A DNA stretch of 64,000 nt from Promethearchaeota archaeon (GCA_048940925.1 JBHLOC010000004.1:64001-128000); one strand, 5' to 3'; positions 40,286 through 51,191 are shown, counted from the stretch's first letter. Numbers and translations: made by a program. Notes: generated by a model not told the origin, from the sequence alone.

Positions 40286-40513
40286 ATGTCAGAGATAAAA
40301 ATATATAGAATTATTGGGAGTTACAAAAAGAATTATAAGAAATATTTATTCCGCAAAGAAGTGCGTGCTTTAAGAGAAGAAGATGCTATTGAAAAGGTGT
40401 TATCTCAAATTACATCGATAGGTATTTATAGACGCCAGATTGCAATAGAAGAAATTAAAGAAATTACTTTAGATGAATCTCAAGATTATCTTATAAGAGA
40501 ATTATCAGAATAA
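40286..40513 (+). CDS. rplX: ribosomal protein LX/eL20 (L18Ae family)
   Basis: KIYRIIG, F.KEVRAL.EE.A.EK, I.IEEI.EI; synteny. Confidence 0.88.
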   Translation: MSEIKIYRIIGSYKKNYKKYLFRKEVRALREEDAIEKVLSQITSIGIYRRQIAIEEIKEITLDESQDYLIRELSE

Positions 40514-40525
40514 ATAATTATTTAA

Positions 40526-40957
40526 ATGGATTTGATAAAAGTGGAGTCTTCTAAAAATTATCAAGAACAATTATTAAGATTCAGATATTTAAAAGAACAA
40601 CGAGACATGTACCAAGGTCAGTTAGAGATTATTAATGCTTCTCTTGCGAATATATTAAATACTAAAAATACAATAGAAAATTTAAAGGAGGGAGTAAAAG
40701 ATGGAGATGAGATACTGGTCCCAATCGGTGGATTAGCCAGCATCAAAGCTTCTATTAAAGATCCCACAAATATTCTGCTTTCTGTAACTCAAGATGTTGT
40801 AATTGAAAAAGATTTAAATGGTAGTATTGAATTTCTTGATAAATTAATTGAACAACATAATAAGCAGGTCCAATTCTTAAGAACTCAATTACAAAATTTA
40901 GATATAAATTTACAAGAGACTTCGAATCTTATTCAAAGGGACATTGGTCAAAGGTAA
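40526..40957 (+). CDS. pfdA: prefoldin alpha subunit
   Basis: coiled coil, EILVPIGG hairpin, EKD...I.FL; synteny. Confidence 0.9.
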   Translation: MDLIKVESSKNYQEQLLRFRYLKEQRDMYQGQLEIINASLANILNTKNTIENLKEGVKDGDEILVPIGGLASIKASIKDPTNILLSVTQDVVIEKDLNGSIEFLDKLIEQHNKQVQFLRTQLQNLDINLQETSNLIQRDIGQR

Positions 40958-41019
40958 ATCTTTTAATCTTGTTTATTGTTATAACCATCATATCATTTCT
41001 AATTCTTGTGAAAAAGTAA

Positions 41020-41919
41020 ATGCTTGAAAAATTAAGGAATGTTTTTTCGACTTTTGTTAAAAAAGGTTTAACCGAGGAAAAGTTGGAAAATTCTATTAAC
41101 GAATTAAAGCTGTTACTCATTAGCAACGATGTTGCTATTGATACAGCTGATGAAATATGTAACCAAATTATCGACTTGTATAAAGGACAGCAAATTAGTA
41201 GATTAACCTCTACAAAGAATTTATTATTTGAGACTTTAAGACAGGTTATTTCAAATATATTAACTCCTGATAAAGAAATAAACCTATTAGAAGAAATACA
41301 TAAAAAAGTATCTCAAAATTCACCATATATTATCGTTTTTCTCGGTGTAAATGGAACAGGTAAAACAACCACAATGGCAAAGATTGCACATTATTTAAAG
41401 AAAAATCAATTATCAATTGTAGCTGCAGCTGCAGACACATTTCGAGCTGCAGCTATAGAGCAATTGACATATCACATGAATAATGTTGGAATAAAAACTA
41501 TTAAGCATGAATATAAGTCCGATCCAGCCTCTGTCGCCTATGATGCTATTGAACATGCTAAAGCTAAAAAGATAGATGTTGTCTTAATAGACACCGCTGG
41601 TCGTCAAGTATCAGATAAAAATCTAATGAAAGAAATACAAAAAATTTGCAGAATTACTCAACCTGATTTAGTTTTGTTTATAGGAGACAGTTTAGCAGGA
41701 AATGATGCATTATATCAAGCAAGAGAATTTAACAAGCATGTTGGAATTGATGCTAATATACTAACTAAACTTGATGCCGATGCAAAAGGTGGTGCTGCGT
41801 TATCAATCTCCTATGAAACTAAAAAGCCAATTCTATTTGTAGGAATAGGACAGTCATATCAAGACCTTGAAACCTTCGATAGAGATTTATTTATATCAAA
41901 TATACTTGATATTTTTTAA
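41020..41919 (+). CDS. ftsY: SRP receptor FtsY (NG domain only)
   Basis: GVNGTGKTTT, DTFRAAA, DTAGR, TKLDADAKGG, GIGQ. Confidence 0.95.
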   Translation: MLEKLRNVFSTFVKKGLTEEKLENSINELKLLLISNDVAIDTADEICNQIIDLYKGQQISRLTSTKNLLFETLRQVISNILTPDKEINLLEEIHKKVSQNSPYIIVFLGVNGTGKTTTMAKIAHYLKKNQLSIVAAAADTFRAAAIEQLTYHMNNVGIKTIKHEYKSDPASVAYDAIEHAKAKKIDVVLIDTAGRQVSDKNLMKEIQKICRITQPDLVLFIGDSLAGNDALYQAREFNKHVGIDANILTKLDADAKGGAALSISYETKKPILFVGIGQSYQDLETFDRDLFISNILDIF

Positions 41920-41981
41920 TTTTAATTTTGACGATCGGGTATAACGATAATTTAAAAAAAGTCCCTTAATTTTAAATAATT

Positions 41982-42218
41982 GTGTCCTACCCAAAATATG
42001 AAAAATATCAAAAAAAGGGAAGAAGTAAGAAATTAACACTTTATGAAAGATTAAGTTTATTTTACCAGAATTCAAAAAGAATTCTAAAAATTGCGAATAA
42101 GCCCGATAAAAAAGAATACTTTTTAGTTTTTAAGATCTGTGGAATTGGAATCTTACTTTTAGGTGCTCTTTCTTATGTAATACAACTTATCTTTTCTGTT
42201 ATTAAATTGGCTGGTTAA
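41982..42218 (+). CDS. secE: translocon subunit SecE/Sec61-gamma
   Basis: RILKIANKPDKKEY followed by one C-terminal TM. Confidence 0.88.
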   Translation: MSYPKYEKYQKKGRSKKLTLYERLSLFYQNSKRILKIANKPDKKEYFLVFKICGIGILLLGALSYVIQLIFSVIKLAG

Positions 42219-42266
42219 CATTAGCTAATATTAATTATTAAGTACAACAATAGAGAGTATTCAAAC

Positions 42267-43490
42267 TTAGAAAAAGTAGACACTTATGTTATCAGGCGCA
42301 ATTAACTCATCTTCTTTGTTTTTACATGCTATAAACTTTATTTTTAGAGTTGTAGAAACTGTAAGAAGACGTTTAGTCAATATCCCATCAATTATAAGAA
42401 ACTGTGTTTCTTTATAATTTTGTATTTTTTCGTAAATTTCACCAACGGGTATATCAAACAATTTCTCTAGATTTTTGTTTAATCCAATACCATGCCCCGT
42501 TTCAATATTGTTAATTATTTCAATTATTACAGATTCATCCTTTATTTTAAACTTCTTTAAAGCTTTTTGTAGTTTATCCTCTTTTTTATCCTGACTTTTT
42601 TCTTCTAAATATTCTCCTTCCAACTCTTTGTATGCTTTAGCAGATCTTTTATTTTGTAAAGCTTTAATCATTTGTTTTCTTGTTAATTCTTCTACTTCAT
42701 ATCCATTGGGAGCTCTAGCCACATAGTCAATTTTTGCAACCTGCATGAGTTCTTTTAGAATAATTGTACCTCCTCTATCACCATCTAAAAAAGCAGTGAC
42801 CGTGTCTTTATTCTTAGTTAATTTAATAACCGACTTAGGAATTTGAGTTCCTTGAACGGCTATAGTATTTTTAATACCTATACGTAATAAGTTTAATACA
42901 TCTGCACGTCCCTCAACAATGATTAGATCTTTATCACTTTCTACTTCAGGACCTGCAGGGAGTTTTTCCGAGCTCCATGAAATTATTTCACCTAGTTTAA
43001 TATCTGTATCTATTTTTTCTTCTATCTCACTTTGCTCTAAAGATTTTTGATCCCATTCTTTTAACAGTTCAGCTGCTCTTTCTATTATTTTCTTTCTTTT
43101 TCTTTCACGAACATCACGAATTTCTATAAGAGTAAGCTCTGCTTCACACGGGCCGACTCGAGACACTGTTTCTACAGTTGCAGCCAATAATGCTGTTTCA
43201 CGTCGTGTAAGGCTAGAGGGGATTTTAATAATTCCTGTAGAGACACCTTCCTCTGCTTCATTTTCTACTTCTATTCTTCCTATTCGTCCAGACTTCTGTA
43301 GGTCTCTTAGATCAAGGTCTAAGAGCAATCCTTCAGTTTGCCCAAAAATAGCCCCAACTATATCTGATTTCTCGACAACACCTTTAATGTTGAATTTAAC
43401 TTCAATAATATATTTTGTAGTAAAATCTGATTGATCTGTAATCTTTACCACTTCCTTTTTAATTATATTATACCTTTTTGATTTATTCAA
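42267..43490 (-). CDS. dnaG: archaeal DnaG (TOPRIM, exosome-associated)
   Basis: DIVGAIFGQTEGL, GRIGRIEV, RVGPC, IVEGRADV, FLDGDRGG; true start uncertain. Confidence 0.93.
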   Translation of the reverse strand: MNKSKRYNIIKKEVVKITDQSDFTTKYIIEVKFNIKGVVEKSDIVGAIFGQTEGLLLDLDLRDLQKSGRIGRIEVENEAEEGVSTGIIKIPSSLTRRETALLAATVETVSRVGPCEAELTLIEIRDVRERKRKKIIERAAELLKEWDQKSLEQSEIEEKIDTDIKLGEIISWSSEKLPAGPEVESDKDLIIVEGRADVLNLLRIGIKNTIAVQGTQIPKSVIKLTKNKDTVTAFLDGDRGGTIILKELMQVAKIDYVARAPNGYEVEELTRKQMIKALQNKRSAKAYKELEGEYLEEKSQDKKEDKLQKALKKFKIKDESVIIEIINNIETGHGIGLNKNLEKLFDIPVGEIYEKIQNYKETQFLIIDGILTKRLLTVSTTLKIKFIACKNKEDELIAPDNISVYFF

Positions 43491-44052
43491 TAATTCAAAA
43501 TCTAAGGAAGACCTATATCATAGAAGTAGTAAATAACCATTTAAAGTAGAAACAATGATAAATTAATTATTTCTAATTAAATTATTTGATTTTTAATCTA
43601 TTGAGATAAATTTATGAATTTTTTATAACCTTGAATTAGGAACCTACTTCTTATTTTTTTTATAAGTCTAAATAATGATTTTGATTTATTGAATTGATTA
43701 AAATTTTGATTATTTGTTTGCTTAATTTACGACATTATTTAATTTATTTGATTAATAAACTAATTTAATAAGTTTATTTGTAAATTTAATATCTTTAATG
43801 TGTTAATATGATTGATTAATTTAATTAATAATTTAATGAATGATATCAATAATTTTTATTATAATATATTCAAAAAATTGTTTAAAAATATTTATTAATT
43901 AATTTAATAAATTTTACAATTTATTTTTTGCTAATTTTCGGATTTCAAAACAAAAAGACAAATGCATACGAAAGAATATTAAATATTTGATTAGTTTTTT
44001 ATTTCATATTTATTTTTGATATTTAGATTTTAATTTTATATTTTGATTAATT

Positions 44053-45075
44053 GTGTTAGAAGCTATACTAGTCCTTGGTGGCAAAGGAGGTGTTGGAAAG
44101 AGCACGATAAGTGCAGCAACAGCCGTAAGATTATCAGATCTCCTTCCAGATAAAAAATTTCTTCTTATTTCATTTGATATGGCGCATAATCTTAGTGATC
44201 TATTCGAACAGCAAATTGGAAGCAAATTAACACCTCTCACACATAATCTTTGGGGTATTGAACCAGATGCTAATATCTATGCTGAACAGTATACTGCTGA
44301 TTTAATATACAAAATGAAATCTTTAATGAAAAAAATGCCAATTGTAGGTTTAATTCCTCAAGTTGAGAAATTTATTGATACGACTTTTACAGCAGATTCT
44401 ATACCATTAGCACTTAAGAACGCTATGTTTTTTCAGAAAATTTTAGATGCCGAAGATAAGAGTAGTCAAAATGTTCAATTTGATATTGTCATAGCTGATT
44501 TTCCTCCTACAGCTAATATGATTACACTTTTTGAAATTCCAGAAGATCAAGTTAAAGTTGTATTAAAATATTCCTTGAATTTTTATAACTCAATTAAAGG
44601 AGCAATTAGACATGTTTCAAAAATGTGGAGAAATATTACGAATCCTTTTGAGGATAATAAAGAAAGGAAGGAATTAGGAAAAGAAATCTTCAATATGATT
44701 GTAGATCTTGAAAAACGAGGAGAACGAATTTCTGAACTAATTCATAAAGTGGGGTCACTTAGACTAGTAACTATTGCTGAAAAACCTAGTTTTGAAGAAA
44801 TTAAAAGAGCTAGAGATTTAACTAAAAAATATATATCTCTGCATGCAGTTCATATAAATATGGTTACCCCCATAGCAAAACGATGTGAATTTTGTAATAG
44901 CTTACGAGAAAATCAACTAAAATTTATCACAGAGATTAAAGAAGAGTTTAAACATTTAAAAATTTGGGAATCAAATCGTCTTATTGAGGAGCCGATTGGA
45001 ATAGAAGGAATTAAAAAATTAGCTAGAGAGATTTATGGATCCGCAACAGCCAAAGAGATTTTAAACCCCAATTAA
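44053..45075 (+). CDS. ArsA/GET3-family ATPase (single domain)
   Basis: GKGGVGKST, SFDMAHNLSD, DFPPTA, RCEFC, EPIGIEG. Confidence 0.88.
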   Translation: MLEAILVLGGKGGVGKSTISAATAVRLSDLLPDKKFLLISFDMAHNLSDLFEQQIGSKLTPLTHNLWGIEPDANIYAEQYTADLIYKMKSLMKKMPIVGLIPQVEKFIDTTFTADSIPLALKNAMFFQKILDAEDKSSQNVQFDIVIADFPPTANMITLFEIPEDQVKVVLKYSLNFYNSIKGAIRHVSKMWRNITNPFEDNKERKELGKEIFNMIVDLEKRGERISELIHKVGSLRLVTIAEKPSFEEIKRARDLTKKYISLHAVHINMVTPIAKRCEFCNSLRENQLKFITEIKEEFKHLKIWESNRLIEEPIGIEGIKKLAREIYGSATAKEILNPN

Positions 45076-45129
45076 AGTTTTGCTTTAGTATTGAACTGCA
45101 ACTTTTAGAGAAAAACCATGTCAGAAAAA

Positions 45130-46230
45130 TTATATAATGGATTTCTTTTTTCTAGTAAATTTGTATTTGATTATTGAGGGAATAATTTTGCCAATTAGCT
45201 GTAACCTATCTTTAAATGAAACCTGTTTAAGGAGTCCAAATATCCATTGACGTGTTGTTATAGAGGTTCCCCTTGGTAAAAAGGGATTATTTAGTTTTAA
45301 TTGCTTCTCTAAACGATAACGGCTATTTCCGATTTCAGTAATTGGAGTAATACTAGTATTGGAAGGAATAAGTCCCTTTTGAGCTAAATTAGTGAAGAAT
45401 TCTATTTCTTGTGATTTAAATCCCATTAGTTCAGCTGTTACCGCATCCGAAATTCCAATGCTAGTAGAAACAATTAGCGCATTCCAATCAATTGGTTCCA
45501 CTTTTACTTGATCAATCAAAGAGCCTGCAAAGCGTCCTCCATTAATTCCAACACAAACAACACCTGCTTTATGAATTCTTTCTAATGCATCCACTATATA
45601 ATCCTTTAATCCTAATCCTATATCTGAGAACGCAAGATGCAATAAATTTTTCTTAGGAAATAATGTTGATCCTATAATAAGTGATTTTCCACTTAAGGAA
45701 AAAGGAAGTCCTTTAAATCCTGCGACAAATTCTGAAAATGGTGCTTTAGGATTACTAAAACTTATAATCAAATTTTTATTATTGAAGAGAAATCTTGGAA
45801 GTCTAACTGGTGGATAATCAAAACCATAATTCAAACTAACAATATCTTCAGGCTTTAATGATTTTTCTTTTAAACATAATATCCGGACCTGTGAGTATTT
45901 GCTAGCAAGTTGCGTATAGCCAAACTTTTCAAAAAGGTTTTCAATATTCCGATTACTTGTTGCTGGGGTTTCATAAAAAGTGATTGGTTTACCAGCACTG
46001 GCTATAATTATAGCTTCAGCAAACTCGACATCAAGATAAGTTCCCTCTACAGGTTGTTCATCTCGAAAAAAACTTGCTCCTATTGGTACGTGTACATATA
46101 TTTCATGAGCTTTATCAATAAGAGGGAGAATCTCTGCTTGTAAAAAAGCCTCATATAAACCTTTTACTATCTCACGATTTTCAAGATCAATTATTATCGC
46201 TTTATCTTGTACTACATTTCCAGAATTCAT
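45130..46230 (-). CDS. DUF362-like protein
   Basis: overall pattern including D.V.A.LMGF near the C-terminus; divergent. Confidence 0.55.
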   Translation of the reverse strand: MNSGNVVQDKAIIIDLENREIVKGLYEAFLQAEILPLIDKAHEIYVHVPIGASFFRDEQPVEGTYLDVEFAEAIIIASAGKPITFYETPATSNRNIENLFEKFGYTQLASKYSQVRILCLKEKSLKPEDIVSLNYGFDYPPVRLPRFLFNNKNLIISFSNPKAPFSEFVAGFKGLPFSLSGKSLIIGSTLFPKKNLLHLAFSDIGLGLKDYIVDALERIHKAGVVCVGINGGRFAGSLIDQVKVEPIDWNALIVSTSIGISDAVTAELMGFKSQEIEFFTNLAQKGLIPSNTSITPITEIGNSRYRLEKQLKLNNPFLPRGTSITTRQWIFGLLKQVSFKDRLQLIGKIIPSIIKYKFTRKKKSII

Positions 46231-46327
46231 GTAATTCTCATGTCCTTATAAGGTAAAAATTATTGGCAAAAAATATTCTATTTAGAGTATTTACTTTACA
46301 AATTCTAAGTTAATGATAATGTTCTCT

Positions 46328-46675
46328 TTATTTTAAGGTAATTTCAATAAAAATTGATTTTTTTTCTCCTTCCCGATCTACTTTAAACATCAATTTAAAC
46401 ATGCGATATTTTTTCTTAAATAATTCAATGATAAGTTTAGACTCATCATCTGAGAGAATGCGAGCAATGCCATCAAAATATTCACCTTTAGGTTTACCTC
46501 GCATACTGGAAGAGGCAATTTTGATACTTGGATTATTCTTAATACGTTTAAATTTATATCTTCCTTGTAATGTTACAAAATATATTTTTTCATTCTGTTC
46601 TACGAACCATACTGGTGTAACTATGGGATCCCCATTTTTTTTATATGTTATAAGGCTTACATATTTACCTTCCAC
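46328..46675 (-). CDS. PPOX-class F420-dependent protein
   Basis: YVSLITYKKNG....TPVWF, K.KRIKNNP. Confidence 0.88.
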   Translation of the reverse strand: MEGKYVSLITYKKNGDPIVTPVWFVEQNEKIYFVTLQGRYKFKRIKNNPSIKIASSSMRGKPKGEYFDGIARILSDDESKLIIELFKKKYRMFKLMFKVDREGEKKSIFIEITLK

Positions 46676-46951
46676 AATGCTTAAACTAATTTTTTATTGT
46701 TATTAAATATTTGATCACTTTTTTAGAGAAAATTATTTAATTTTTTTTTTTATATTAAATGTCTTGGTTCTTCGAATTCTTTAGTTAAATTGTTTAATTT
46801 GCTTGTTCTTCAAATTCTACATTGTTAATTATTATAATAAAAGCAGAAAGGATGTTGAAAAACAAAAGTTTTTTATTAAAAAAATTTAAATTTTATCTAC
46901 GATTAAAGAGATTAATAATTCAGAAAATTTATACATTTTTACTTATAAAAA

Positions 46952-47530
46952 ATGATAAAGGCATTATTGTTTAATGGATATTCCAATTATGACTCTGATG
47001 CTGAAACTATTTGTTCCCTAATAATTGCAGAACTTAAAAGAAATAGATTTGAGGTAGAACAAATCTTAATAAAAGATATCTCTATCGCAGCTTGTCAAGG
47101 TTGCTTTGATTGTTGGTTAAATACACCTGGAGAGTGCAGAATAGATGATTACGGGCGAGAGACAACTAATAAAATGGTTCATAGTAATTTAATCATTTAC
47201 ATTACACCAATCACATTTGGAGGATATTCCTCTGAGTTGAAAAAAGTACTAGACAGGTTTATACCCATTTTATTACCATTTTTAACAAAAAGAAAAGGAG
47301 AAACTCATCATAAATTCCGTTATAAAAATAGAGCCTCCATTATTGTTATAGGTATTTTAGGTAAGCCAAATAATGAAAAAGAATCTATATTTAAAGAATT
47401 AGTTCATCGTAATTCGCTTAATATGGGAGCACCTGTTCATGAAGTGATTATATATATTAAAAGCCAAAGTAAAACCGAGTTTGTAAATAAATTAGCTAAA
47501 ATTTTAAAGGAGGTGAAGGTAAAAACTTGA
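46952..47530 (+). CDS. flavodoxin-like (iron-sulfur flavoprotein-type) protein
   Basis: CQGCFDCW..TPGEC.IDD, TPITFGGYSSELKKVLDR. Confidence 0.85.
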   Translation: MIKALLFNGYSNYDSDAETICSLIIAELKRNRFEVEQILIKDISIAACQGCFDCWLNTPGECRIDDYGRETTNKMVHSNLIIYITPITFGGYSSELKKVLDRFIPILLPFLTKRKGETHHKFRYKNRASIIVIGILGKPNNEKESIFKELVHRNSLNMGAPVHEVIIYIKSQSKTEFVNKLAKILKEVKVKT

Positions 47531-48354
47531 ATAACAATAAAAAAGCACTTCTTTTAATCGGTAGCCCAAAAGTTGAAAAGAGTACTTCAGCTTCTCTTGG
47601 AAATTATTTAATCTCAAAATTAGAGAAATCTGGGATGTCAATTGAGAAAGGATTTATCTATAAAATTATTAATCGAGAAGAAAAAATAAAAGAGCTCTTT
47701 AAGATGATTGATAATACAGATCTAATCATCCTTTCTTTCCCTCTCTATATAGATTGCTTACCAGCTCCCGTGATTAAAGCGATGGAGTTAATTAAAGAAG
47801 GAAGAGATAATTTAGAAATAAAAAATACTCCAAGTTTAATGGCAATTTGCAATAATGGCTTTCCTGAATCATCCCAAAATATGATAGCACTTCAAATTTG
47901 TAGAGTTTTTTCAAAAGATTGTGGATTTGCATGGAAAGGTGGAATCCCCGTTGGTGGAGGAGGTGCTATTAACGGTGCTCCACTTAAAAAAAGAAAAGGG
48001 ATGGTAAGAAATATTATTAAGGGATTAGATATAGCAGCTAAAGACTTAGCGAATGGAAGAGAAATTCCTCAAAAAGCTATCAACATAATATCAAAAAAAG
48101 TTGCATCCTATAATCTTTATAGAATTTTTGCTAACTTAGAATTTAGATTTCAGCTAAATCCCATCTTACTCACAGGTTTAATCACTCTTGGTTTGATTTT
48201 ATTAATTAGTGGAACACCCCTTACGATTTATGGAATAATAATTAAAGATATGGTGGATTTAAACATCGGCATAGCATGTTTAATTATTGGAGGAGACTTT
48301 TTCATTTATGGAATGATATTTAGAATTAATATAAAAAAAAAAAAATCTATTTAA
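47527..48354 (+). CDS. flavodoxin-like NAD(P)H-dependent oxidoreductase with C-terminal TM pair
   Basis: GSPK...S, FPLYIDCLP, NNGFPE, GGGG; overlaps the previous stop. Confidence 0.82.
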   Translation: MNNNKKALLLIGSPKVEKSTSASLGNYLISKLEKSGMSIEKGFIYKIINREEKIKELFKMIDNTDLIILSFPLYIDCLPAPVIKAMELIKEGRDNLEIKNTPSLMAICNNGFPESSQNMIALQICRVFSKDCGFAWKGGIPVGGGGAINGAPLKKRKGMVRNIIKGLDIAAKDLANGREIPQKAINIISKKVASYNLYRIFANLEFRFQLNPILLTGLITLGLILLISGTPLTIYGIIIKDMVDLNIGIACLIIGGDFFIYGMIFRINIKKKKSI

Positions 48355-48452
48355 GCTAGCAGAGAATAAGTTTTTTAGGCTGATACATTACTTAGATATG
48401 TTAATCTTAGACGGATACATTTTCCAAAATCAATCTTTAGAACCTCTTTTAC

Positions 48453-48571
48453 TTTCAAGATCAGCTATTACCGCTTTATCTTGGACTACATTTCCAGAAT
48501 TCATCTATAATCATAACCTTATATATTTACCTTCCATTATGCTTAAATTAATTTTTTATTGCTATTAAATA
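48453..48571 (-). pseudogene. deleted duplicate: 5' ends of the PPOX and DUF362-like genes joined
   Basis: 48453-48504 is 48/52 identical to 46179-46230; 48518-48571 is 49/54 identical to 46656-46709. Confidence 0.8.
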
Positions 48572-48944
48572 CTTAATTAAATTTTTATAGATTCTCTTAA
48601 ATGTCTGTAATAATTATTAACAATTTACCAAGTAAATTCAACTTTTCATTGAAATAGACTCTTAATTTACATTTCTAGAGGCAAGAAAAAGAGCTAGATA
48701 TTTCAAAAAGCGATAAATCAAATTTGAGGGAATATAAATGAATATAAGTATTCCTGAACCTAAAAAATATGATTTCTGAGATAAAATTAGATCACTACAA
48801 CCTTTATTCTTGACGATATATTTAGACATTAGCAGTTAAATATTACAAAATAAATTGGATTTTTGAATATTAGTAATTTATTAATTATTTATATATTAAA
48901 CTTGAAAAATTATAAATAATTAACTAAATGTGAGGTTATGTTTA

Positions 48945-49883
48945 ATGAATAATGATATATGGTTTGGTTATCACGTTCCTTCTGAGGGTCTTAATTTCGA
49001 AAACATGAGAAAAATCTGCTTAACAGCTGAAGATGCCGGCCTTGATCTTTTTACAACGACAGATCATTTTATGAATATGAGGAATCCAATGGGTAAGGAA
49101 AATCATCCTCTTGAATGTTGGACCTTGCTTGCTGGTCTTGCAGCAGTTACTAAAAAGATTCGTTTAGGACCATTAGTAACTTGTTATGGCTATAGAGCAC
49201 CAACTCTTCTTGCAAAAATTGCTACAAGTGTCGATATTATAAGTAATGGACGACTCGTAATGGGACTTGGAGCAGGATGGCATCAAGCTGAATTTAAAGG
49301 ATTTTATGGAAAATTCCCCCTAGCAAAGGAACGAATACAAGGTTTTGAAGACACATTAGCTATTGTCCATTCTATGTTCCGTAATGAGCACACTTCATAT
49401 AATGGAATAGTTTTTTCAGTCGAAAATACTTTAAACAGCCCGCTCCCAATTCAGAAGGAAATTCCGATGATGGCGGGAGTTTTTGGGAATTTAACAATCA
49501 AGATTGCTACTCGTTATGCTGATATTATTCATTGTCTCTTTGACTCTACACCAGAGGTCGTAGAAAAACGGAAAATTCAAATAGCTGAAAACTGTAAAGA
49601 GATTGGGAGAAATCCGGATGAAATACGAATTGCCGCAGGATATTCAATCTGGCTAAATCCAACAAAGGAAGATATTTCTAGACGTATTACGAGATTAAAA
49701 AGCAGGGAACAAATATCCACAAAAGAAGCAAAAGAGATGGTTAATAGTGCTCCATCAACGCCAGATGAACACATTGAAGTAATGCAAGAGTTAATCAACC
49801 GTGGATTGAAAGTTTTTACTTTTATGGGATCTACTGACCACTTAAAAATATTCGCAGATAAAGTTATTTCTAAATTGAAATAA
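48945..49883 (+). CDS. LLM-class (probably F420-dependent) oxidoreductase
   Basis: TDHF, LECWTLLAGLA, YRAP.LLAK...D.IS.GR..GLGAGW..E. Confidence 0.9.
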   Translation: MNNDIWFGYHVPSEGLNFENMRKICLTAEDAGLDLFTTTDHFMNMRNPMGKENHPLECWTLLAGLAAVTKKIRLGPLVTCYGYRAPTLLAKIATSVDIISNGRLVMGLGAGWHQAEFKGFYGKFPLAKERIQGFEDTLAIVHSMFRNEHTSYNGIVFSVENTLNSPLPIQKEIPMMAGVFGNLTIKIATRYADIIHCLFDSTPEVVEKRKIQIAENCKEIGRNPDEIRIAAGYSIWLNPTKEDISRRITRLKSREQISTKEAKEMVNSAPSTPDEHIEVMQELINRGLKVFTFMGSTDHLKIFADKVISKLK

Positions 49884-49922
49884 TAATAATAATAAAAATA
49901 AAAGGCAAATAATATTGAAGAC

Positions 49923-51191
49923 TTAAGTGCCTTCTTCGTAACCGTGGATGTAATTATATTGTTCTTCCGTTAGTTTGTCAATCTCGACACCCATCGCCTG
50001 CAACTTAAGAAATCCAACTTCGTCGTCAATATGAGCAGGTATTTCAATCATTCCAGGCTTAAGTGAATCTTTATTTTTAACTATGAACTCAGACATTAAC
50101 GATTGGAGCGCAAAAGACATATCCATCACTTCACTTGGATGTCCTTCTGACAACACAAGATTAGCTAATCGTCCTTTAGCCAATAAATAGACTTTCTTTC
50201 CTGAGGGAAATGTTAGTTCTTCCACATCTTTCCTTATGGGCTTTATTTCTTTAGAATATTCATATAACTCCTTTGTGGGTATCTCGATATCAAAGTGCCC
50301 AAGATTACCCAGAATGACATCATCTTTAAGTTTATCGAACATTTCCTTTGTTGGAGCAATTACATGTTTGCAACCTGTTGCCGTAAGAATGATATCTGCT
50401 TCAGGAATTGCCTTTGCGATAGGTTTTACTTGATATCCAGCAAATTTCGCTTGAAGAGCTTTAATTGGATCAACTTCTGTTACAATTACATTTGCACCTA
50501 ACCCACGAGCTCTCAACGCCATCCCGCTACTGCAATGACCGTATCCGCATATCAGACAAGCCTTACCTGCAAACAAAACATGCATCCCATAAATAGCCGA
50601 AACTATCCCTTGTCCTGTTCCTAATTCGTTGTCAAATTGATTTTTACATCGAGCATCATTTACAGGAAATAAGGGTACTTTTAAAACACTCTTTTTTTCC
50701 ATCGCTCTGAACCTTTTAACCCCAGTTGTCGTTTCTTCTTGACATGCTATTATTGTTCCGGATGAGATAAGATCCTGATACTCCTGATGTGCCGTGACAA
50801 TCATATCGCCACCATCATCAATTAAGATATTTGGTTTACCATCTAAACACTGTCTTATACACCAATAGAATTCCTCATCTGTATTACCACGCCACGCGAA
50901 TACATTTATTCCTTCCTGAACCAGAGCTGCTGCAACATCATCTTGAGTAGACAGAGGATTACTTCCACATAAATATACATCAGCACCTCCAATTTTTAAA
51001 GTACGTGCTAAATTGCCTGTTTCTTTTGTAATATGGAGACAACCTGCAATTGTGATACCTTTTAGTGGTTTTTCTTCAGCAAAACGATCTCTCAGGATTT
51101 TCGCAGTTACAGGCATTTTATTTTCTGCAATATATAGGGCTTCCTTTCCTTTTTCTACTAAACTTTCGTCAGCAACTTTATAATTTACCAT
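49923..51191 (-). CDS. ahcY: S-adenosylhomocysteine hydrolase
   Basis: CLHIT, SNPLSTQD, DDGGD, EETTTGV, K..FDN, GHFD.EI, GHPSEVMDMSF. Confidence 0.96.
   Translation of the reverse strand: MVNYKVADESLVEKGKEALYIAENKMPVTAKILRDRFAEEKPLKGITIAGCLHITKETGNLARTLKIGGADVYLCGSNPLSTQDDVAAALVQEGINVFAWRGNTDEEFYWCIRQCLDGKPNILIDDGGDMIVTAHQEYQDLISSGTIIACQEETTTGVKRFRAMEKKSVLKVPLFPVNDARCKNQFDNELGTGQGIVSAIYGMHVLFAGKACLICGYGHCSSGMALRARGLGANVIVTEVDPIKALQAKFAGYQVKPIAKAIPEADIILTATGCKHVIAPTKEMFDKLKDDVILGNLGHFDIEIPTKELYEYSKEIKPIRKDVEELTFPSGKKVYLLAKGRLANLVLSEGHPSEVMDMSFALQSLMSEFIVKNKDSLKPGMIEIPAHIDDEVGFLKLQAMGVEIDKLTEEQYNYIHGYEEGT

Noticed and set aside
43500-44050. Firm replication origin call
   Set aside because: No ORB motifs or adjacent orc1/cdc6; kept only as a low-interest finding.
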